Below are positions 39,380 through 45,977 of a stretch of 64,000 nucleotides of DNA, piece after piece. The stretch spans positions 2,304,001 through 2,368,000 of the forward strand of contig OY776562.1 in assembly GCA_963675785.1 (NCBI GenBank). The letters are read 5' to 3'. The stretch comes from Anaerolineae bacterium (GTDB taxonomy: Bacteria > Chloroflexota > Anaerolineae > UBA1429). Both the position numbers and the translations under genes were made by a program. How positions within the stretch are numbered: the stretch's first letter is position 1; every line of letters starts with the position of its first letter. The notes beneath the pieces were generated by a model. That model saw only the letters and a program-made list of their open reading frames with translations, did no database searches and was not told the origin of the DNA.

Positions 39380-40228
39380 ATGCTGACGAAACTCTCATCC
39401 AAGAACAAGACCGTCAAGATTGCGCCAGAACGGCCGGTGGTGCTCATTGGCGAAGGCATCAACCCCACAGGCCGGCCCCGGCTGGCCCGTGCCCTGGCCA
39501 AAGGCGACATGGCCTATGTGCAAAAGCTGGCTCTGGAGCAGGCTGAGGCGGGCGCCGACGTGCTGGACGTGAATGTGGGCAGTGGAGGTGTAGACGAAGT
39601 GGTCGCGCTGCCCGCCGCCGTGCGGGCCATTGGTGAGGTGTGCGACCTGCCGCTGTGCCTGGATTCGCGGAACCCGGCTGCGCTGGCCGCCGCCCTAGCC
39701 ATCTACGAGGGTACGGCCCTGCTCAACTCCATAAACGGCGAGGCGGCAGTGATGGAGCGCCTGCTGCCAATAGCCGCTGAATACGGATGCGTCATTATTG
39801 CGCTTTGCACCGACGATGAGGGTATACCCAGTACGGCCAGTGGACGCCTGCTCGTGGCCGAAAAAATCATTAACCAGGCAGAATCGGCAGGAATTGCCCG
39901 GGAGAACATCTTGGTGGACTGCCTGGCGGAGAGCGCAGGTGCCACACCGGCGGCGGGCGCGATCTGTCTGGAGGCGGTGCGGCTGGTGCGTAGCGAGTTG
40001 GGCTGTAATATGACCTTGGGCGCCAGCAATATCTCGTTTGGGATGCCCAACAGAGAGACGATTAATGCGCGGTTCCTGGCGATGGCAATTGCCGCAGGGG
40101 TTAACGCCCCCATCGTGAACGCGGCACAGGCTAAAGAGACGGCGATGATCGCGGATCTGCTGATGGGCAATGATGAGTTGGGTATCAAGTACATCCGAGC
40201 TGAACGTAAGAAACGGAGAATGTCCTAA
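39380..40228 (+). CDS. Pterin-binding methyltransferase (stand-alone MetH folate domain / AcsE-like, DHPS fold)
   Basis: IGE.INPTGR, Q..AGAD.LDVN, PL.LDS, LNSING, GASNISFGMPNR. Confidence 0.87.
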   Translation: MLTKLSSKNKTVKIAPERPVVLIGEGINPTGRPRLARALAKGDMAYVQKLALEQAEAGADVLDVNVGSGGVDEVVALPAAVRAIGEVCDLPLCLDSRNPAALAAALAIYEGTALLNSINGEAAVMERLLPIAAEYGCVIIALCTDDEGIPSTASGRLLVAEKIINQAESAGIARENILVDCLAESAGATPAAGAICLEAVRLVRSELGCNMTLGASNISFGMPNRETINARFLAMAIAAGVNAPIVNAAQAKETAMIADLLMGNDELGIKYIRAERKKRRMS

Positions 40229-41302
40229 AAAGCAAGGCCATCCTCTCGGAGAAGACGAATTCAAAGATTTTCGTCTTCTCCCCCTTTTGCCTAGGCCGCC
40301 ATTGGGCTGCCCAACCGTGAGAGGATCAATGCTCGGTTCCTGGCAATGGCGATTGCCGCGGGGGTCAATGCGCCGATTGTGAATGCGGCGCAGGCTAAAG
40401 AGACGGCGATGATCGCGGATTTACTGATGGGCAATGATGAGTTGGGTATCAAATACAGCAGATAAAAAGCATCTGACGAGCTGAACGTAAGAAACGGAGA
40501 ATGTCCTAAAAAGCAAGGCCATCCTCTCGGAGAAGACGAATTCAAAGATTTTCGTCTTCTCCCCCTTTTGCCTAGGCCGCCATTGGGCTGCCCAACAGAG
40601 AGACGATTAATGCGCGGTTCCTGGCGATGGCAATTGCCGCAGGGGTTAACGCCCCCATCGTGAACGCGGCGCAGGCTAAAGAGACGGCGATGATCGCGGA
40701 TTTACTGATGGGCAATGACGAACTGGGTATCAAATACAGCAGATAAAAAGCATCTGACGTGCTGAACGTAAGAAACGGAGAATGTCCTAAAAAGCAAGGC
40801 CATCCTCCCGGAGAAGACGAATTCAAAGATTTTCGTCTTCTCCCCCTTTTGCCTAGGCCGCCATTGGGATGCCCAACCGCGAGAGGATCAATGCTCGGTT
40901 CCTGGCGATGGCGATTGCGGCAGGAGTCAATGCCCCCATCGTGAACGCGGCACAGGCTAAAGAGACGGCTATGATTGCGGATTTACTGATGGGCAATGAC
41001 GAACTGGGTATCAAATACAGCAGATAAAAAGCATCTGACGTGCTGAACGTAAGAAACGGAGAATGTCCTAAAAAGCAAGGCCATCCTCTCGGAGAAGACG
41101 AATTCAAAGATTTTCGTCTTCTCCCCCTTTTGTTAAACACCGACCAAGATAGAGCAACAGACGGCTTTTGGCGATGGCAATTGCCGCAGGTGTGATAGAG
41201 AATGTCCACAAAACGGGGATATCCTCTTGAAGAGGACGAATTCAAAGATTTCGTCACCTCCACCTTTGCTTAGCCGCTATTGGGCTGCCCAACGAGAGAC
41301 GA
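40038..41302 (+). repeat. Tandem array of ~281-bp units duplicating the methyltransferase 3' end plus its downstream hairpin
   Basis: Units start at 40038 (inside the gene, 264 bp), 40302, 40583 and 40864. A degenerate, internally deleted copy spans about 41168-41279 and a stub spans 41280-41302. Confidence 0.95.
40302..41027 (+). pseudogene. Three 5'-truncated fragments of the methyltransferase (G[L/M]PNRE[R/T]INARFLAM...GIKYSR*)
   Basis: Each fragment is preceded by an in-frame TAG, has no evident RBS and ends at a TAA inside a 17-nt insertion. Confidence 0.75.
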
Positions 41303-41372
41303 CCATGAAGAATAAACAGGCTGATGGTGCATTCGCCTGTTTCTTTGTTTGAAGGTTTCTTGTTTTCTGGTC

Positions 41373-41381
41373 TGCTATAAT
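41373..41381 (+). promoter_or_regulatory. Extended -10 promoter element
   Basis: TGcTATAAT about 45 bp upstream of the ATG at 41425. Confidence 0.55.
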
Positions 41382-41424
41382 TAGTGGAAAACAGGAATAA
41401 ACAAGAGTTTGTGAGGTGAACGCT

Positions 41425-41892
41425 ATGCCGCAGATCGCTAAAGGCGGGAAATTCATCTTTGGAAAATCTCTGATTCGGGACGGCTTGAAGATTCAATTTC
41501 CGCCTCAGGCTATTGCAGAATACAACATCACCGCGGAGGGGAAAATCTATTTATTCACAGGCAGCAAGAGTACGGGCGGATTTTGTGTAACACGAAAAGG
41601 ACTGTTGTATCCATCCAAGATCGGCAATATTCTGCAAGATACGCCCGTGTTACTGAATTACGAATTGCAGGAAGGCGAGTTCGTCCCTTACAAAGGACGT
41701 TTTTACTGCTGGGTGAAGATTTTGCCCGAGGGGATGATCACACTGCCCAGACCGACGGCAGCTTTGTTGCAGGTTGAAACTGGCATGGCGCTTTTATCCA
41801 TCAGAAGCAGCGATATTGCTTTTACAATGGGGGCAAAAGGACCATTGCTAGAAAAGGCCCAGAACTATGACGGCGTAATCGACGTTTTCTAG
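41425..41892 (+). CDS. Conserved hypothetical protein, possibly with two AbrB/SpoVT-like swapped-hairpin segments
   Basis: G.KIQFPPQAI.EY and G.ITLPR segments; GAGGTG ribosome-binding site; AT-richer codons. Confidence 0.65.
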   Translation: MPQIAKGGKFIFGKSLIRDGLKIQFPPQAIAEYNITAEGKIYLFTGSKSTGGFCVTRKGLLYPSKIGNILQDTPVLLNYELQEGEFVPYKGRFYCWVKILPEGMITLPRPTAALLQVETGMALLSIRSSDIAFTMGAKGPLLEKAQNYDGVIDVF

Positions 41893-41964
41893 TTCGCTAG
41901 ATTCCAACAACTGCGCGGGTGGGGCGAGTCAGGAACTTGTCAGTAAAGGGTAAGGGTATTGGCC

Positions 41965-42432
41965 ATGTTTCGCTATGTGCATACGAATATTGTTGCTAAA
42001 GACGCAGGAAAACTGATCGATTTTTACAAGCGTGTGCTGCACTGTAGCAGCATTGACGAAAAGCGCGATCTGCGCGGGGAATGGTTGGATGAGCTCACGA
42101 GGGTAGATGACGCTCATATCAGGGGTGAGCATCTTTTGCTGCCGGGGTATGGCGAGGATCACCCGACACTGGAGATCTTTGGCTACGACACGACGAAAGA
42201 TGCCATCCCCCAAGAGATCAATCGCCCCGGTATCGCTCACTTGGCGTTTGAAGTGGATGACGTGGAAGCCACCCTGCAAGAGATCATCCAGGCGGGAGGA
42301 AGCAGCATCGGAGAGGTGGTGACGGCAGCCTACCCGAACGGCGTGGAAGGGGTCTTTGTTTACGCACGAGACCCTGAAGGCAATATTGTCGAGCTGCAAA
42401 GCTGGAAACGGATCCAAGCCGACTCGAAATAG
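41965..42432 (+). CDS. VOC/glyoxalase family protein
   Basis: YVHTNIV, LEIF.Y, GIAHLAFEVDD, YARDPEGNIVEL. Confidence 0.9.
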   Translation: MFRYVHTNIVAKDAGKLIDFYKRVLHCSSIDEKRDLRGEWLDELTRVDDAHIRGEHLLLPGYGEDHPTLEIFGYDTTKDAIPQEINRPGIAHLAFEVDDVEATLQEIIQAGGSSIGEVVTAAYPNGVEGVFVYARDPEGNIVELQSWKRIQADSK

Positions 42433-42563
42433 TGGATGCAGAGAGCCAGTACCAGGAGCCCACAGCGTAAGATGGGGTTTCTATGTTGATAGACCACAAG
42501 CGGACTCGCCGGTGAGGGCGGGGTGGCGAATACGGCAGACCCCGAGCTGAAGGGGCGCCGAGG

Positions 42564-43775
42564 TCAGTTTAGCAGGGCAGACAGCTCCGAGTAACCCTGG
42601 GCATCTGGGGCAATCTCGATACCCTGAAGACCCTGATAGATCCGAAAATGATCCAAAGCCTGAGAAAACGCACGGTTCATCTCGGACGAAGGGGCCACAT
42701 TGGGCTGCCACCACCAATTCTTGATGAGCAGGGTGTTGTTCTGGCGGTTACGGACCGGCTCGAAACGGGCCACAAAGCGATCGCCATAGAGCACGGGGAG
42801 CACGTAATAGCCGTACTCGCGCTGGGCGACGGGCTTGTAGACCTCCCAGCGATAGTCGAAATCAAAGAGAAAGCTGAGCATGTCGCGATCCCAGATGAGA
42901 TTATCGAGGGGGGCGATGAAAGAGACACGCGGGGCCTGGGTAGGCGGCTGCTGAGCCAGGGGCAGCAGGGCCTCCTCGGAGCGGCGCAGGTAATAGGGCC
43001 ACCTGGCGTCCTCGACCTCGACCTCTAACAGCTCGCCGCGCTCGGCCAGACGCTGAACCGCGGCCGTGCGCTGAGCGGCCTTGATTCCGGACATGCCCAT
43101 CCAGGGGACTCCGCCGCCGGTGCGCAGCAGGCCCACACTGCCCAGACGACGGAGGACATAGGCCTCCTGATAGGCCTCGGCGGTGGGATTGGGCTCCTCG
43201 GCAGAGACGATCTCGGTGGGAAGGTGGCGCTCGATGAGATCATAGACCTTGCGAGTGCCCACGCGGTGATGAATGACCAACTGGCCCATGGTGTGCATGC
43301 CCTCAAGGGCGGCACGAGAAACGCGGGCGGGGCCCCAAGGCCAATCCACACGCTCGTTATGGTCGAGATCGATGGAAGAGAGAGGGCCGCGCTCGGCCAG
43401 GGCCCGGCGCACCTGGGGGATGACCTCGAAAATGGCGCCGGAGCGCCTTTGCATGTGATGACGCTCACTCTCTCGCCAGCGCCCGAAAAAGGGCCAGTCC
43501 TCGACGGGGTAGAGGCAGGCCATCTTGTCCCAGCCATCCAGCAGGGCGAAATCGGTGTAGAGCAGCTCCTCCAGCAGGGCGGGCGTATAGCCAGAGACGC
43601 GCGACTGGAGGACCAGATCGGGATTGCGGCCCACCACATTGAGGGGGTCGAACTGGACGGCGCGCACGTGATGGACAAAGGCCAGAGCGCCCTCTTTGCC
43701 GCTGAGCTGCCTGGGGGGCAGCAGGTATTGGTGTAATAAGAGCAAACGACCGGCCTGTTGGCGGGTGAGCTTCAC
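42564..43775 (-). CDS. ycaQ: YcaQ/AlkZ-family winged-helix DNA crosslink glycosylase
   Basis: QFDPLNVVGRN.DLVL.SRV (QxD catalytic motif), APLDNLIWDR, YRWEVYKP...R.YGYYVLP; GTG start after GGAGG. Confidence 0.85.
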   Translation of the reverse strand: MKLTRQQAGRLLLLHQYLLPPRQLSGKEGALAFVHHVRAVQFDPLNVVGRNPDLVLQSRVSGYTPALLEELLYTDFALLDGWDKMACLYPVEDWPFFGRWRESERHHMQRRSGAIFEVIPQVRRALAERGPLSSIDLDHNERVDWPWGPARVSRAALEGMHTMGQLVIHHRVGTRKVYDLIERHLPTEIVSAEEPNPTAEAYQEAYVLRRLGSVGLLRTGGGVPWMGMSGIKAAQRTAAVQRLAERGELLEVEVEDARWPYYLRRSEEALLPLAQQPPTQAPRVSFIAPLDNLIWDRDMLSFLFDFDYRWEVYKPVAQREYGYYVLPVLYGDRFVARFEPVRNRQNNTLLIKNWWWQPNVAPSSEMNRAFSQALDHFRIYQGLQGIEIAPDAQGYSELSALLN

Positions 43776-43789
43776 GAAAACCTCCACGA

Positions 43790-43817
43790 TTGACGGACAA
43801 CGGATACATGTTATCAT
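43790..43817 (+). promoter_or_regulatory. Putative sigma70 promoter for ogt
   Basis: TTGACG-N16-TATCAT with TG extension. Confidence 0.5.
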
Positions 43818-43831
43818 AGAACAGATGTTCT
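43818..43831. promoter_or_regulatory. LexA (SOS) box, Gram-positive/Chloroflexota type
   Basis: AGAAC-agat-GTTCT between two divergent DNA-repair genes. Confidence 0.78.
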
Positions 43832-43902
43832 TGTCTAGTGGGGACTGGAAAGATGGACAAAACCTGCTAGAGTAAGTTTATTGAAAAAAGAAAGAGGGAG
43901 CC

Positions 43903-44427
43903 ATGAGCCCAGAAGATAAGCTCGTTCGCATTCGCCGTACCATGGTGCCCAGCTCAATTGGGCTGCTGCTGGTGGCGGCCACGACCAAGGGGCTATGCTA
44001 TGTGGCCCTGGGGGATACGGAGGACGAGGTGGAAGAGGCGCTGCGCGCTGCCTACCCGCAAGCAGAGTTCACGGCGGGGGACGCCGAGCTGGCGGGCTGG
44101 ACGCAACAGGTGCTAAGTATCATCGAGGAGCCGGGGCAGCCGGTGGACGTGCCCCTAGACGTGGAAGGGACAGCCTTTCAGCAAAAGGTGTGGCGGGCAC
44201 TGCAAGAGATCCCGCTGGGGACGACGGTGAGTTACGGCGAGTTGGCGCAAAAGATCGGGGCGCCCAAGGCGGCGCGCGCCGTGGGCCACGCCTGCGCGAC
44301 GAACAAGGTAGCGCTGGTGATTCCCTGCCACCGGGTGGTGCACCAAGACGGTACGCTGGGCAGCTACTATTGGGGGCTGGCGCGCAAGAAAGAGCTGCTG
44401 CGGCGAGAGAAGGACTCCCGAGGGTGA
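43903..44427 (+). CDS. ogt: Methylated-DNA--protein-cysteine methyltransferase (Ogt/AdaB type)
   Basis: GTAFQQKVW..L..IP.G...SY, ARAVG.AC, IPCHRV. Confidence 0.92.
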   Translation: MSPEDKLVRIRRTMVPSSIGLLLVAATTKGLCYVALGDTEDEVEEALRAAYPQAEFTAGDAELAGWTQQVLSIIEEPGQPVDVPLDVEGTAFQQKVWRALQEIPLGTTVSYGELAQKIGAPKAARAVGHACATNKVALVIPCHRVVHQDGTLGSYYWGLARKKELLRREKDSRG

Positions 44428-44445
44428 TGCCCTCGGGAGTTTTTT
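44414..44445 (+). terminator. Intrinsic terminator overlapping the ogt stop codon
   Basis: actcccgaggg-tgatg-ccctcgggagt-ttttt. Confidence 0.85.
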
Positions 44446-44471
44446 GTTAATGGGCATTCTGCTTTGGTTGC

Positions 44472-44501
44472 TTGACGAAAACAGCAAGAAAACTATAGAA
44501 T
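44472..44501 (+). promoter_or_regulatory. Putative sigma70 promoter of the SIR2-HerA pair
   Basis: TTGACG-N18-TAGAAT upstream of the AGGAGA ribosome-binding site. Confidence 0.5.
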
Positions 44502-44540
44502 GATATTAACTATCCTGTATGCCATATTCAGGAGACAAGC

Positions 44541-45977
44541 ATGGGACTATGCAAAATCTTCCAAAGTAAATCTTCCAATAAGATATCCCCTGTTTCAGAA
44601 ATAAATGAAAATAAAGATAGACAAGAATTAAGGTTTAGAGGAAATAAACTAACGCTTGTTCCATGCACCAATACTGACGGGATACGTTTCGAACGCTATC
44701 TGCTCACGCCAGACAAGAACAGCTATGAAAAGGCTGAGGAATCCATAAGTGTAGAAGATATCCGCTCATGGATTGAGCCTTGGTTAACAGCGCTTTGTCA
44801 AGCTGAGCATCTTTCTCTGCTCGTAGGATCAGGAATGACACATGCTATTCATGCCATAGCTACTGGAGATTCGCTTCCAGGAATGGGCAAACTCTCATGG
44901 GGATCCAATGATGGAATCATCCAGGATGCCTCTCTTGAGTCTGCTAAGAAGATGGGGCGAAACGAAGGAAATCTAGAAGATCAGATCAGAGTAGCAAATG
45001 AATTATTACGTGGATTTTCTATCCTAGCGAAAGGTGACAAGAGTTATGAAGAAAGGAAAGATGAATTAGAAGAAATACTGGATCAAAATTTAAAACATTT
45101 TGCCCAATCGATTCTTAAAGGCGAGAACAACTTGATTGTTGCAGATGAGAAAGAACGTCAAAAAGCCTTTAGTTACCTTATCAGCTTCTTGATGAGCTTC
45201 TCCAGTAGGACAGGAACAAGAGAGCGACTTCAAATATTCACTATTAACTATGACCGTGTCATTGAAGCTGGTGCTGACGTAGCAGGCTTGAGGCTTATTG
45301 ATCGCTTTGTGGGAGCGTTGAGCCCCATCTTCCGCTCATCACGCCTTGATATCGATATGCACTATGATCCCCCCGGAATTCGAGGAGAACCGCGCTATCT
45401 GGAAGGCGTAGCGAAATTCACCAAACTACACGGCTCGCTGGACTGGATACAATCCGGAGAAGATATTCGTCGTGTTGGCCTGCCCTTTGGCGCAACTAGC
45501 ATTGATCCATATCTACAAGTACCCGAGGCAGGATCAACATTGCCACTCATGATCTACCCAAATTCAACAAAAGATCATGAAACGGCTCTTTTCCCCTACG
45601 TTGAGCTATTTCGTGATTTTGCAGCTGCAACATGTAGACCGAACAACGTGTTGTTCACATACGGCTACAGCTTTGGCGATGACCATATTAATCGAGTCAT
45701 CGAAGACATGCTGACTATTCCATCTACACATCTCGTTATCATTTCGTATGGTGACAGCTTGGGCCGAATTACTTCTTTCTATGAAAAGCTAGGACGCAGC
45801 TCACAGATTACAGTGCTACTCGGCAATCACCTGGGGAACCTTGAATGCCTTGTAGACAACTATCTCCCCAAGCCAGCCATTGATCAAGCATCCTTTCGGA
45901 TGTCTCAATTACTCAAGAACCGTTGGGGACAAAAACAAGCCGTCCCTCCCGATGATGTAGAAGAAGAGAAATCATGA
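44541..45977 (+). CDS. SIR2-like (SIR2_2) NADase, defence-associated
   Basis: LLVGSG, FTINYD, KLHGSLDW, YGYSFGDDHIN. Confidence 0.85.
   Translation: MGLCKIFQSKSSNKISPVSEINENKDRQELRFRGNKLTLVPCTNTDGIRFERYLLTPDKNSYEKAEESISVEDIRSWIEPWLTALCQAEHLSLLVGSGMTHAIHAIATGDSLPGMGKLSWGSNDGIIQDASLESAKKMGRNEGNLEDQIRVANELLRGFSILAKGDKSYEERKDELEEILDQNLKHFAQSILKGENNLIVADEKERQKAFSYLISFLMSFSSRTGTRERLQIFTINYDRVIEAGADVAGLRLIDRFVGALSPIFRSSRLDIDMHYDPPGIRGEPRYLEGVAKFTKLHGSLDWIQSGEDIRRVGLPFGATSIDPYLQVPEAGSTLPLMIYPNSTKDHETALFPYVELFRDFAAATCRPNNVLFTYGYSFGDDHINRVIEDMLTIPSTHLVIISYGDSLGRITSFYEKLGRSSQITVLLGNHLGNLECLVDNYLPKPAIDQASFRMSQLLKNRWGQKQAVPPDDVEEEKS

Noticed and set aside
40038-41132. Diversity-generating retroelement template/variable repeats
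   Set aside because: Differences are not adenine-specific, are mostly synonymous, and no reverse transcriptase is present.
39703-41263. Repeated minus-strand ORFs (39703-40194, 40291-40545, 40572-40826, 40853-41263)
   Set aside because: They are antisense shadows of the methyltransferase frame; the substitution pattern is explained by the plus-strand frame.
40229-41302. CRISPR array interpretation of the repeat region
   Set aside because: Units are 281 bp, the variable parts are all homologous to one host gene rather than unique spacers, and there are no cas genes.
41893-42563. Integron attC sites or inverted repeats around the VOC gene
   Set aside because: Only an 8-bp inverted match (ggcgagtc/gactcgcc) was found, with no RYYYAAC...GTTRRRY structure and no integron integrase.
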